A stretch of 63,970 nucleotides of DNA, filler included, from Bipalium vagum (GCA_037834085.1; 3 parts of 3 records of this genome joined end to end with filler, not necessarily neighbours in it); one strand, 5' to 3'. Positions 10,981 to 25,549 are shown, counted from the whole stretch's first letter. A program made the numbers and translations. The notes: generated by a model from the sequence alone, not told the origin.

Positions 10981-11873
10981 TTATCTAATAATTTTAAATA
11001 GCTGCACATTTAAAAAATCAATATATCTATATTATTTTTCATTAGGAAATCTAAATTTTTTAATACCTTTTAAAAACATAACATAAGTGTACAATTAAAA
11101 TTTTTTAATCATTATAATCGATTTCAAATTAAAAATATAAAATAAATAATATTGATTAATTTATGACAATAATCAATAAAATATTTATCAATCGATCACA
11201 GAAATTATTAAATCAAAAGACAATCGAAAAATATATTAACTTCTGAAAGTTATATTGAAATTTTCGTTCGGAACAAATTAAGATATAAATAATAGAGATC
11301 AACCATTAAACAATATATAAAAATTTCAAACCCTTCACGAAATTTCGTTATCACTGAGACCGTTTCTAACCATTTTGAGTTTAAACTGATGGCATCGAAA
11401 CTGAATTGATAAATTGAAGAATAACTGGCAAAAAGGTATTGTTACTTACAACAAAAACACATTTGGTATTTATTTTCTCTTTATTATCATCAGTAGTCAA
11501 CGGGGATTCACACGTTAATGGAAAATACCAAAGTGAATCAATTTACACAATCGTTATCAATATTAAATTGATTTCTTTTTTTATCAAGTGTCAAACAAAT
11601 AAATGAAGTTGAAAATTTCCACCACATTCCAGGAGACCTCATATCAGTACCATACCTACTTTACAGTTGACAAAAACTACACCTTTTCTCTATGTTACAA
11701 TGTTAGTATAAAATGAAAGAATAAATAGATTGATAGATAGAGAGAGGGAGAGAGAGATGAAAGCAATAACACCAATAATTTCGAAAATCATTATAATCAT
11801 AGAGTGATAAAATGAATGGAAATTCATCAATATATTCAATAAAAAATAGATTTTTAATATTCATAAATTCTTC

Positions 11874-11892
11874 ACACACACACACACACACA
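11874..11892. repeat. (CA)n microsatellite in probable SPRED 3' UTR
   Basis: cacacaca run seen directly; AG and AAT tracts lie nearby (11736-11757, 12259-12300). Confidence 0.8.
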
Positions 11893-12353
11893 TTTTCCCA
11901 ATCCACAACCCAACAGCAAAATTTGATACCCGACTCCCATCTACAGGAAACCTCATAAGCATTATAATAAACAAAGAAAAAGTTGAATCCAAAACACATT
12001 TCTTCTTGTTACCTACAAAACCATGATTACAAATAATCCTATAGCACAAACGCGTCAACGCACGTAAGCACGCAAAACACACACACCGACTTATATATAT
12101 ATATAGTCCAACGCGACTCTGACAAATATATAAAATAGATAAATCTAAAATAAAACGCCATGTTTATGTAACAATCTTCAAGAGAGATCAAACTCATTTA
12201 AAAATGGTCTATAATCATGATCATTATTAAATTTGTTTCCAATAAATCATTGCAATGTCAATAATAATAAAAATAATAATAGTAATAATAAAAATAATAA
12301 AAACAGCGAGAGAGTGAGAGAGAGAAATAGAAACAATATATATTATATTGGTA

Positions 12354-15300
12354 CTAATGTTGAGATCGATGATGTACAACGACTGAATGCCTGCCACCAA
12401 CGAGACCTCGGTCCAAACACGATTCATAGCACGACAGACATGGTCGGTAACAGCAAACACATGGCAGCACGCAATACATTAAGCATAACAGGCACCGTTT
12501 GCGACGGCCCGAGCGAGATGTTTTCAATCTCTGACACTTGTTACTGCTGGGAGGAAGTGCTGTTGTCGTTTTATTCACTCGATAATCGACGCGAAGCGTG
12601 TTGGCCGTGGACGAAGAATACGCAGCCGTATTATTGTCTCCTGGATCAGGGGGAGACGGTGCAGATCCACAACAGCAAGCATACGGACTTGGCAATGAAT
12701 CGCCTATCGCAAAATAATTGTCTCTCAGCTATTGGAAACAAAAATAAAAAGATATTTTTCTTCTTTTAATCTCTCTTTCCATTAAAAGACAAATATACGT
12801 TTTTAAACAATGACAACAAAATACGATCTTTTTTGGGGTTCATCGACAATCATGACTTTTTTATCGAAGTTTTTTAGTGAAAATAAATCCAACTAGAAAC
12901 ACGTTTCGTCTAAGTTTAGGAACTATAAATGAAAAATGATTTTTATTGAAATAATAAAGATAAAAATCAATGTTGATCAACTGCTACACATGACTGTCAT
13001 TCATTGATTTTCCATCGTCAAATTAAAGCAAGGTTCATTTGGAGTTAGCAAAGCCAAGTGGTTCTATATTTTGATTGATGGCAAACTCTGATGGTGTTAA
13101 AAATAATAACGAAATTTCTGAGAAATCAACGAAAAAAAATGACGTTAGCTTACAATTATGAAATGTGCAATTGATGTAAAAATCGATAAAATGACCATGG
13201 AATAGAATTTTATATTCTTTAATAAAACAACTTCCCGATCATTAAACTGTTGTTCGAAGGAAAACACATTTTGTAAGATGTAGAAGGACACCCAACCAAA
13301 ATGATTCTTATGAAAAAGATTGAAAGCTACTCCGATAAAGTAACATTTGATGGGAAAATATGTTACTCATTCACAGAGGCCAATGATGATGTTAGTGAAA
13401 AACCTTGCAAGTGTTAGACTTTAGAAGGCCTTTCCCTAACCAAATCAAATTGGAAGTCTTTATTTCGTTTAGTAAGTGGAAAGATTTTTGTCTCAGCATG
13501 ACCATTGGTTATCCCAAGCTATTATTTCTCCCTTTCATTAATTATCAAATGTATTTCCTATTACTAAAGTTTCACTTATTGTCACTTGCAACATTAATAA
13601 ATACAAACACAAAGATTCTGTATCAATTTAAATTTTCAAAAAAATCAATTTTTCCAGAATTCGATAATAATTAATATTATCGATTGATATCGGAATGAAT
13701 ATTATTGGCGGAAGTTTCGATTTTTGTTAAATTTACTTTTATCACATCAATTTATATTTTTACAAAATCTTTGAGACCACTAATTATTGACGTCAAAGTC
13801 TCTTTTGAATCATGAGTCTCTGTCAAAGGCAACGATGAAGCAGACAAGATAAAAATTAGATTTTATTGGACGAAGAGAAAGCAGAAATCGGCAGAACATG
13901 GTGCTATGACATTGAAATATTCATAATCGGAGCTGGAGAGCCGTGAATAGCGTCAAACTACGAAATATTCGGGACATTAGTAGGATTTAGGAAAGTGGAA
14001 AATTAATATAATTACGGAAAATGTAGGATTAGGACGATTATCAACACAAATAATATTTGGAAAAAATCGTATCCAGAGCCGATTCTAGCACCTAAAACCT
14101 TCCCATGTCAATGACAACCGTATCTTTGATTTGAAATAAATCACTGTGCATCTCTTAGAAAGTCTAATTTTGTTTGATGAAAAACATTTAAACCAACAAA
14201 GTTGAAATTTATGTTCCATTTGTGTTGAGTGAAGAACAAATAGTTTTACTTTCATTATTTCTACCGATCTACCACCACCTTATCATCTCGTGTAAAATAT
14301 TATGTAAAAATTAGTAAAACTTACTGATTTTTACCAAACTGGAAATAAAATCTATAAATCAACAAGTGAACCTAATTACTGAAATTAGAGAAATCTTAAG
14401 AAGGGTAAAATAAAACTACTAGATCATCAACACGTGTCCAATTATTTCTCACATAAATAGAGCAAAACTTACTGAGATCAGAATCGTCAACCGAGGGATT
14501 ACTGATGCTGTGATAAAAGCATTTGATAAATCGATGACCACAAGGACGACAAGTTAACAAATCTACAAGCTGGCGAGCTTTATCGGGAGCCAATTCACAA
14601 CTACCAGGAGGATTGCTTTGAGGACGAAATCTTCGTCGACAATATACACAAATCAAAATGCCGGGTCGATGACTGTTTCGGGCTCTTTTAGGAGGCAACC
14701 AGGCCATCATATTATCACCACTTGTGCCTTCGTTCGATACTGAACTATCTTGAAGAGCACTGGTACAAGAAGGGCCATCTTGACTGGTTCGAGGGTTTCT
14801 ACGAGATCTTTGTCGACTATTACAACTGTCCGAATTACCACTACTTCGGCTTAATCGATTGTCATAACCGTTTCGCTGTGCTAGACACGGTAACAGTCGT
14901 GCCAACCACCCAGACACTGCCGGCGGCGGACCATCATTACTTATTGATGATGGAACCGTTTCAAATGCAGCACCGATGTTCAAACGCAACAGACATGGGG
15001 CACTGGCAGCTGACGGGCTATGGTAATGACGAGATAGTGAGTCTAAATTTGGTGACGTTATACAGTCATGTATTTGAGAACAGGCAGCCGGAGGAGACTG
15101 GAAACATTTCATTTGACACGGAATATCTCCTTGACCAATGTGTTGACAAGAACCCCATGTTTTCATCACAAGTTCCTCTTTGATAATGCGAGGTGCTTTG
15201 GTGTTCTTTTCTTTATTATTATTGTTGTTATGGTTTATGCAGGTTGGTGGATTAGACGGAAATTCACAGTTTTGATTGCATGTTCCTAAATTAGATAAAA

Positions 15301-18300
15301 TCAATAATTTTAAAATTTGATTAGGTTAATCAAATAGTGCGATTAATCGCACTATTGTATAAATGAGAACGGACAATAGAACATTTATTGACTTTTTATC
15401 GATTTTTAAATTAAATATAATAAAATATAGATTTTAAGCGATTGAAATCAATTGGAATGAAAAGATATTTTGAAGAGAGATGATTTTAACATCTCACCTA
15501 GACTTGTTATTATGTATTAGAAGAGAAACAGTCTTTCACTTGAATATTAATAAGGGATGTAACAACAATTTTGAAGCCCTAAATTACCACAAGCCATACA
15601 AATTTATAAAAATTAGTTTTCTTAAGAAATACAGAACATAAAGTTAACAAAACAGGACCACTGCCTTCCATTTTTCGTTAAATTGGTTTTAGATTATCCA
15701 TCGTGCTTTGGAAGACGCTGACATTAAACTCTTTCCTTTTCTGTGCAATTCTAAACTACAAAGACCTTGCTATTTTGGTTTCCCACCCATTTTTAATACT
15801 TCTTTATTCAACAAGGTCCAAAATTTTTCTACTGCTTGGCCCTGTCGCAACTGTTTTAGCGTAATGACAATGTCATCATTATAATGATCATTTCTTATGA
15901 AGGAAGTTAATTTTGGAAGACACGTACTCCTATAAGCATCACCATTTAATGTTTCACCTTTAACTATTTTAAAAAAGGAGTTGAAATACCTTTCTCTGAT
16001 ATGGCACACCAAACTAAAACTTTTTGTGAAAATTTCGTTTTAGGAGCAAAACAAACATGATTCAGATTGCTGCTTAACCACAACTTCCGACGGTTGTGCT
16101 GTTTGAAAATGTGAAACATTTCTCATCATCAATGATGATCATCTACCTTTCCACTGGTGAAATGCTTCAGTCGTATCACTCAACAACATATCGGTATTTT
16201 TTCAACTTGCAATTTTCTGACGCTTTCGATATTTAAGACTTTCTTTCTTCATTACTCGACTAATGTCATATGTGACTCTAAATCTCTTGGCTATTGTGGG
16301 CTTAAACACGTAAATTATGGTTTTGGCAGTTTGTGCCATAATTCTCTGTTTTGATAACTCCAAAGCATGAGGTATACCACTTTTCTTCTTTCTTTCGACC
16401 GGGATATTATTTTCGCAACCATGAATTACACAACATATACTTGCTGTTGAAATACTTTTGTTGTTAAACAACTTGCCGTTTTAGCATGTTTTCAACCAAT
16501 TGAGATACAGTAGACTTCGCTGAATACGATATTGTCGGAACATCGAAAAATTATGGTAATAACCGATATAACGTATTAGAAGAAGTTTACTCAATACGAT
16601 TACACAATAATTATTGAGCAATCTTAATTAAAAAAGAATATTGATTCTAAAGCACTAATTAAGCATACATATCGTTTAATTTGTTTTAAAGAAGTCATGT
16701 ATGAATAACTGCTTATGGCATTGTGGTTTATCTAAGATGCCATCTTCAATTAGAAAGTTAATTCCATTTCAGCACTTAGATTGTTTTCCTGAATGTATTG
16801 GCTAATGTGACAGAGAATAACTCCTCTTTAGCGCTGATAATGCTTTATAAAATAATGCGGTCTCATCTGCGTTATATATATACTTCTAGCATCATATCTG
16901 GTAACTAATTTCGGTAAGATGGTGGCAATATAAGAATCAGCTGCAAAATGTCAGCAATTGCTTTTCCTCCCATATATAATAATAATAATTATTATAATTA
17001 TTATTATTTCCTCGCTTATAATTATTATTGTACAGTTTTTTCCACCTTTCAGTCAATGATACATTTTGCTTATAATTCAAATTCATTTGAACATATCTTT
17101 TTCCACGGGTGGGTCAGATATCATGTAACTTTGATCACGTCACTCTTTAAACGGTACAATCTCGACGTTGCATGACTGTATCTTTCTCTTTACAAAAAAT
17201 ATTTCGTGAATCTTGATGTTGCCACCACAATCGATGTGACCATTTGAAAATTAGGTTAAAATTTTATCCAAAAGTCGTCCTGTTTTATTTAAAATTTTTC
17301 GATCCTGAACAAGTTGTTTTCAAACAAGTGGTGGGGTACTAACAGGTGACATTTTTAAATTGATCATTTACTTTTCATTTAAAGTAACAAAAATTGATTT
17401 TTTCTAAAACTGTTTATGTCGAATATTAGTTAACTTGTATCGATTTACTAAATTAATTTTTGATGACGAAGTAGTGATAAATATTGGATAACTCAATTTG
17501 TAACTAATCTATATAACCTATTTCAATTTATTGACTGAAACTTTGATTTCGATTTTGACACTACGTCATCTGTTTTGGTTTAACGACTGGATTACAATAA
17601 ACCAAGTGGCGATTTGGAAACAACGATTCTAAAAATGTTGAGTTAAAGGCATGACTTTAAGTTAATCTAAATGTTGTCGAATAACCTGGTGTTGATTTGT
17701 AACTCGGTTAATTCCATTAAATAAATCAATTTCTGACTGACGACGATTTGAAAGTTGCCTTGTTGATACTTTTGAGTGGTGAGTAGAGGTTTATCAAGTT
17801 TAAACCACGACGAGTCGACGGGGACTACATCAGCCACGAGTGACCTCAAAAGACAAATTGATCGAACGGTTACCAAATACTGAGATTTCATTCAATTTTT
17901 GTTCATTTCAGTCATCTGTGTCATTTTATTTAAATTTTTGGGTTCCATTTCCATCTTTTCATTTCCCATTCATCACTGTGTTTTATTAGTTTGAGTAGGT
18001 GGGTTAGTAACAAAGTCAATTAACGATCGCAAAGGGATCTGAGACTAGAATGAGACCATATGATCGATTTTAGTGTTCAAAATAATATAATATGTATAAG
18101 TAATAATAATAATTAAGGAGACAATGGTTAATTAATCGAATATTTTATCAGGGGATAATAAATCCCAGAACTATTTATTTAATGCCTAGGAAATCGGAAT
18201 TGATTAATTGTTACCAAATATGGTGAAAGACCGACAAAGTCTGCGAATAATTATCCTGGAAATGATATGAGCAGATTTACGGTAATACATTATTTTTGAA

Positions 18301-21300
18301 ATTTGCAGAAGTAAGCGACCGGAGTGGTTGATTAATAGAAAACAAGGTATATAAGGAAAACCAAAATATCGCTGTTCGCTCTATCCAGGTGATGCTTATC
18401 ACAAAGAGTAATACAGAAGTGAACTGTGAAAGTGTCAAGTAAAAGAACGTCCTTTCTTTACGCGTGAACATACTTCATGAATTGTATTTGGTTTCCCAGC
18501 GAAATTGGTAACTGTCAGGCGACGGAAAGAATCCGGAAAAAGCCATCTGGGAAACGAGTAGAAGTAGAAGTTTTGTTACATTTTTTGGTTCTCATTATCA
18601 CAATTTAAATTTATTTTCGCTGTCATCTTTATTGATTTAATTTTGATATTCAGACAAAATCATTGGTGCAGGAAGAAGTGTGGTGACGATGATAATACTT
18701 TGAGTAAAATCTATCGACATTGATTAGGTGTGAAGTGAAGTATGCATTGATTAATAAAAATTACTGTCTTAGTTGTATTAATAATAATATTAATAATAAT
18801 TACTTCAAAATCTTTGGTTGGATAAGAACACAACCTAATATTAACAGAATTAATATTAACTGAGTAAAGGACTATGTTAATCCTACACATTTTCTATTTT
18901 CAGGTTCAAATCAGTTGAAATACCACAATTATAAGTCATGATTCAGTCCTAAGGTAGACAGAGATGAGGTCAAATGAAAGATTCATCACATGATAATTAT
19001 CGATGTAATCTAAACTTACGTGCATCTACATTTGCTTCTATTGTTCAACTCAAAAGTTTGGATAATGTCAAAAGATCATTTCTTAAAACCAATCTTTATT
19101 TCTTTGAAGCGAGATATCATAGAATTTTTAGCTAGACGAGTCTTCATAGATAAATCAAGCGGTTAATAATGGATATTAACGTTTTCTTATTCTAAATTGA
19201 CATGAAATTCAATTGATAGTGAGGGAAATTAAAATGAAAAATCTTGATTCTGTAATGTTTACATAACACATAATTTCCTTTCTCCGAAAGAACCATGACA
19301 ATATTCGAACGGAATCTATTTTACATATAACCTCATTTTAGATTACAAGTTGTGAAAGCGATCACATTAACTGTTTTAAAAATAATTAAGAACATTGTTG
19401 ATAATTCCCAAAGTTGATTTTAACGAATCAATGTGAATAACATTAGGATTTATGAAAAAATCGAAGACTAAACAATAGATTATCAATTAAATAATAATAA
19501 TGATTAATTAATAAAATACTTTTTAGATATTGAAAAATATAAAGATTAATTAATTTATTGATTTTTTTTCATAAAGGCGCTCTTCAAAAGCTGAGACTAA
19601 TAAGCATTTTCATAAGCACGTTTAAATTATTTTAGTTATCTTTTTATCAAAAATTGATTATTCATTGATTTTTTGGTTTATTCATATTGTACTATTATCT
19701 TTGTCCTCTCCTTCCAAACAAACAATGTCTAAGATTTGCTTTTAAAATTTTCCTTTTCCAACGTGACTTCTCCTTTTCCTCCAATAGAACTCACGAAGTG
19801 ATTCAATACTTAACTAGTTCTATTCAGTGCAAATGTGAAAAACACAAGTTCTAAGGTTGTTTTTTCAGAGATATAGATCAATGATATTAAGGTTAATGAT
19901 TTTATCTTAAAATAAGTCTTTATCTTAGTCATTTAAAATGAAATACCGGTTGTATCAAAACCGAGAAAAAAAGTAAATAGGAAACAAAATCGACAAAAGA
20001 ATTATATTATTAATGACAAATGAACATAAACGGAATACATTTTTTCATGTTATGTTCTCGAAATGATTTCCTTTAACAGATAAAATTAGCTCAATTCTTT
20101 GCGGAAGGATAATATAGTAGTTTACAGTTCTCTTGTAGTAAAACGGGAAAATTTTTCGTTCTTTCGATTCAAGTAGATTTTTCAGTTTTGGTAATGGAAA
20201 ATTCTTGCCTTACGAGTACCCAAAATCAAAAATAAACTGGTGTGAGGTCCGGTGAGGGGACCATTTTTAGGTATATCTACTGGATATAATTCTGTGTGGA
20301 CCAAATAGAGAATAGGCAGGATATCCTGATGTTGGAAAAACTACCAACCAATTTTAACTCATTATTTATAGTCATCAGATTTCAACTCATGACTCAGCTT
20401 CATTTGAAAAGGTTTTAACTTCTATTCTTTTAAAAATCGTTGAACGGAGACAGGTGGAATATCAGCTTCCCGTGATAATCTTCGAATGGACATCTTACCA
20501 TTCATATGAACAATTGAATATTCATTGGCTGTTTTCAGTTCTCTCACCAAAGAACGATAAAATCTCAAGTTTCTTCAAACTTCTTCACAAGTTTGGATAA
20601 TGCAGAACATGTACATGAGTTCCTAATTAAATTTCTTTGGCGTTCGATGTTGCAATTGCAGGTTTATGGGAATTTCTATTGCTGTAATAACATCAAATTA
20701 AATCAATTTTCGAATCTACAGTCATGCTAAATGAAACATTACTGCATCACATTCAAAATTTCCCAGACTTTATGTACAATCAGATGTTTCAATGGATTAA
20801 TAGACATCACAAATCGACTGAATGTCAACAACTAACAGGAAAAAAGCAAATTTTATTACTTTTTAAAACATTTTGTCTGATAATAGAAAAACAGCACGCA
20901 GAGCAATTTTCATTATAAATATTCAATTATCTATAAACTATAATCAATAAATCAATTTTTAATGATTATTAATAATCAATACATATAAATGTTTTTCTCT
21001 GTTATCATGCATGGATTTAGATTGAAAAAGTTCAACTGAGTGACATTTGAAGACAAAGAACTTTCATATTATCTTTCCAGTGACGGTTTATCGACTCGTG
21101 TCTCATAGGAAGTTTCGAAGAAAAAGAATAAAGCTTCGACCAATTTCTTAATTAATAGATAGATAACCTTTTAGTTCTAATAAGTTTTCCAGATTATTTG
21201 TGAGAACTTAATGTTCACAGAAGCATAGAAGTTGGTATATAGGTACGTTCTCATTTGATTAATGTTAACTGTTTTATGGTTGCAAGAAATAATTTTGGTA

Positions 21301-22158
21301 AATGGGAATAAATTATATTTATAAAGGGTCACAAGGAAGTCTGCTTAATTGAATTAATAAAACTTATTATAAAAATAAAATATGTTGTATAAAAGAAATG
21401 TTGGGCTTTCTAAATTATGAATGAGTTAACTTTTTATACAAGAACGTATTGATTGATTTTTTCTTCATATTAAGAAATGGACCCAATGCAGAATCATTTA
21501 CGTCACAAAATTTCGTTCTATTATAAACAAAGGATCAAGGAGATGGGAAATTCGGACAAAAGAAAAAGTCTCTAATTTCCAAAACTATTCTGAACGTGTC
21601 ACCGAGCCAATCAATAATTTAAGGATATTTTACACGTGAAACGTATAACAACATATCTTACCTTTGTCCAAACGTTTCAAGATCTCATGGAACAACTTTT
21701 CGAAGTTCTCGGCCGCCTCGTACGTGTCAAAAGTGAGTCCGATCCGGCTGTGCCTGGTCGTCCAACAGTGAAATGTGGGATTGATGCGATAGTAGCTGGT
21801 GTCGGAATCCAGTTTGCATTCGAGACTGAGCTGAAGAAATCAATTTTTCAATTTCTCACAATACCAAAACGTGACGGATTACATTTTTTTCATTGGAATT
21901 CGTCAATTTATACGCTTCAATAAAATATTCGAAACCCTCATTGAGAATATTGGGTTTCTGTTTCACTTCAATTCGACTCAAACCTCCCATGCCCATGGGC
22001 TCCCAACCAATATCTTGCCTAACCATAATCTGAGCGGGACTCTGAAAAAGACATTCGCTGAAAATAGGAAACACAACTCACCGATTTTATGATTTCAAAG
22101 ATAAACCAAACCCATCGTTCGATGACGTAAATGTTGAAGAGTAATCTGAGGTTGCCAT
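12354..22158 (-). CDS. SPRED: Sprouty-related EVH1 domain-containing protein, complete, 5 exons, ~517 aa
   Basis: complement(join(12354..12703,14473..15285,21662..21830,21883..22057,22112..22158)); GT-AG and phases consistent, total 1554 nt. The N-terminal EVH1 domain reads AQIMVRQDIGWEPMGMGGLS..., YYRINPTFHCW...IGLTF. The C-terminal Cys-rich SPR domain reads ICVYCRRRF..NPPGSCELAPD...FYH...LPCVCCYRPCLSC...GGRH. Confidence 0.92.
15315..15356. repeat. Adjacent hairpin and perfect 24-bp palindrome
   Basis: atttgatta-ggt-taatcaaat (15315-15335) and aatagtgcgatt|aatcgcactatt (15333-15356). Confidence 0.9.
15640..16600 (-). mobile_element. Tc1-like transposase remnant in SPRED intron 3
   Basis: Minus-strand pieces read RKKKSGIP, LKYRKRQK, IIIDDEKCFTF, KVLVWCAISEKGISTPF, YRSTCLPKL and AVEKFWTLL. 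Confidence 0.75.
16640..17260 (-). mobile_element. Tigger/pogo transposase remnant
   Basis: Minus-strand IYNADETALFYKAL (~16840-16885) is followed by GKQSK, the pogo DDE_1 signature. Confidence 0.65.
17979..18846. mobile_element. Putative solo-LTR-like unit in SPRED intron 3
   Basis: TGTT...AACA ends, GC-richer core and AATAAA at ~18753; same layout as the units at 4494 and 6791; no TSD seen. Confidence 0.35.
19940..20760 (-). mobile_element. Decayed Tc1/mariner remnant
   Basis: Minus-strand SPDLTP (tcaccggacctcacacc, ~20240-20255) with further transposase-like fragments. Confidence 0.45.
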
Positions 22159-23346
22159 GATATCCCAATAGTCGTTAACGGTGTTTTCATAATTTTCGTT
22201 TCATTTGTGTTGCAGAACAAATGGTGTATCTAAATTTTAGATTGAAAAATTTAGATTATTTATTTTTATATTCACCGGCAATTATAAATACATTTAATGA
22301 TTTAAACAAATCGTTTCTGTGTGATTTTCGTTTATTGCAATTGAATCGATAATCATTGAAAATGGATTTTTTTGTGAAATCCAATTTAAATAATAAATCG
22401 GGACACAATTTTTCAAATATTTTAATTTTATTAAATTTTTGTGGTTGTTGTTGTTGTTGTTATGGTATATTACGCAATGTACAAAAATTAAAAATAGTCC
22501 ATTTAAAAATCAATATCCCTAAGAAATGGGTAAGAAATTTTGTATAACCAATTAAATTTCCTTATTGAAAACTTCTTGCTCATTAATAAAAATAAATTTC
22601 TTATAAATTACATTGTGAAGAAAATATACATATTTTCGCGAATCATTATGGATGTGGCTTCAGCATCAATTTCCGAGGGTCCTCTCTATTTGCCGCGTAA
22701 TGTGTTAATTTTTTGATGGTTTTTTGAAATTAACTTTCATTTAGCGGATGGCGTGGACAATTTTTGGATGTATGCTGTGATACTGGCGCTCGTTGTGTTT
22801 ATCATTTTCGTTATTCTTGGAATTATCGCCATCTGGTGAGATAAAATGCTGGAAAACGTTATTTAGTTTTATCCATGTATATATATGTATCATAGTCGAG
22901 AACCCATCAACAGTTCAAAATCTTCCCAGTTGCATGCTCAACCGTCTTCAGTTCAAATGCCCACATCGTGCTACCATGCTTCACATGTCACTGAAGTCAA
23001 TATTCCCATTGCAAACCGAAATCACAGCATCAAATACCAAAGAAATTTTATAAAGCAAAATGAATTTCTCAATCACAGTCCCATTTCATCGATCAACGAG
23101 TTTGACACTCTGCATTTAATGCGGAATAAATAACCGTTTCATCTGTAATTAAGTACACCATTGTCAAGTGCTTTGTTGAATTATTTATTATGTTGTCCCA
23201 ATGTTTTTAAGGCAGGATTAAATCATAAGCTCATTATCAACAATTGCAACTGAAAACAAAACACGTTTTGTAAATTTGGAGAAGATTAGAAAAATGTCTT
23301 TAAGAAATCAATTGATTTCAATAACAACAACAACAATTATTATTAT

Positions 23347-23446
23347 NNNNNNNNNNNNNNNNNNNNNNNNNNNNNNNNNNNNNNNNNNNNTTAATTAATT
23401 AANNNNNNNNNNNNNNNNNNNNNNNNNNNNNNNNNNNNNNNNNNNN
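23347..23446. other. Synthetic contig-joining linker (N44-TTAATTAATTAA-N44)
   Basis: Exactly 100 bp with a stop-in-six-frames 12-mer in the centre; identical to the linker at 48254. Confidence 0.95.
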
Positions 23447-25549
23447 ATTAAAATCAATAAAATTCACACATTCACAATAAAAAGTTCAATAATCAATGTC
23501 TTAAAATAAGTTAATTTCCTAATGTCTCTTGAGTCTCCACAGACGTATTGAATTTCATCGGAAAATATTAATATCATTTTATACAAAAATAGGAGAATCT
23601 AAGTTTAATATAATAATAAATATAAAAATAGTCAGAAAATATTAAAATAAATTATTGGAATATGAAAATGTTGATTATAAAAATATAAATATATTAACAA
23701 ATGAAAATCTTCTACCTAGAACGTAATACATCAAATAGTTTTATTATTATCATAGCTATTAGTTTTTATTATTTTCTAAACTATATAAATTTAATATTAC
23801 AACCAACGGTATTTTGTCATAAACATTTTTTGATATCTGATATTTTTTAGAAATATATTATGCTCGTTAGTGTACATTGTAGCAGCCATTTATTATATTT
23901 TAATTTGTGTGCTGGGTTATCATATAGATGATTCTAAGTTCAATGAAATTCCAAGAAACAGTAATTTAATGTCGAGCGGATGCAATCAAAAGAAATTTTT
24001 ATTTATTTTATCCAATCATAAAATTATTCAGAGTACTTAAGCTTATAGAATTATTTTAATCGATAAATTATTTTAAAGTTTTTCTAACATTACATTTTTC
24101 AAATATTTCTGTTAATGTTAAGGAATATATAATTTTACCATTCTTTCTGATAAATTTTAGTGCACTGATCGTAATTACATTTCAATTTTGAATTAAGACA
24201 AATTAAAAATAATCCGTGTGAATTTTTGAATATATCACTCTTAATATTTCAAAATGACAAAAATATTCCAGGAATATTCTTTTATATTAAAGATCATAAA
24301 AAGATAGTCCAAGCAAGTGACAAGACAGAAAATAAAATACTTATTAATATAACACTTATTTTCTTTGTTTTAAAAACATTGAGGTTAATCCTCGATTTAT
24401 ATTGCAGCTTCCACGAAAAATAAATTACATTGTTAAGAAAAATAGCTTAAAGGAGTAGTTATTTAGAAGCTCACGTTAAAAATTTTAAATTGGTTCGTAA
24501 TTTTTTTGAGTATATATTTTACACTTTAGTTCAACAAAGATAATATATATAAGAAATTTTCTTCAATAAGATTTATGGGAAAGGAAACAAATATTAGAAA
24601 ATTCATCGTATTACAATATCAAAGGTCAGCCTTTTCTATTATGAACAAGTTTAGTCAACTAATAATTAATCGGTTAAAAATAAATAATTTAATGTTCACT
24701 TAATTTATAACCTTAAAATCGATTTTCATTCAGATTCATTAACCACATGGATATTTTAAATTTTCTTTGATAAATTGATATTCATTTAACCTGACAAAAT
24801 ATAAGTACGATTCTATTATTATTATTATTGTTATACCGGATCCAACCACTTTTAATTAGAATCATTTAAAAAGAAAAATTCAATAATACATTTTTAACAC
24901 AGTGTCATATATTCTTCACAATTGTAAATCAAAATTTTTAATTGTATTTTTCTAAAATCTTCTCTTTTAAAGCATTGTCTATAAACCAGAATTTATATAT
25001 ATAATCTTCCATTTTTTACTTTACAGAGTACATTGATAAATAAGAAAGGATCATGTTCAGACCTGTCGAATATTCCTTTGTAAAAAGGTGAATATCATTT
25101 TTCAATCATTTCTAAATATCTACAAAACCCAAAGAAAAAATATCATTGAAGAAAACTGATAACATTAATAAAAGTGCTGGTTTCATTTCAAATATCGGAC
25201 ATAATAAAACATAAAAGTATAATTTATAAAATTGCTAATAAATTATAAGATAATTTCAATGAAAGATGTCTATCATATCCTACTAACAAAATCATTAAGA
25301 AATTTCCACAAGTAAAAATCCAAATTTGTCACTGGTGAAGAATGAAGCATATCACCTGATAATTGTCGTTTTTGTGACAAATGTACAGTTTACATTTTAC
25401 TGATAGTTTTGGTAATATTTATATTTTGGTAATTAATATATTATTATTTTTACATTATCTCTAAGTTTGCAAACTACAATTGGGTTAAGTTAATAATAAA
25501 ATATAAATATGTGACGACAATTATCATGAAAATATATCACAGAGATTCT

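Noticed and set aside
12233-12769. 178-aa plus-strand ORF (also 14722-15183)
   Set aside because: Antisense shadows of SPRED exons, partly running through microsatellites.
23391-23402. TTAATTAATTAA palindrome as a regulatory or piggyBac site
   Set aside because: It is centred in a fixed-length N block and duplicated at 48298, so it is a synthetic linker.
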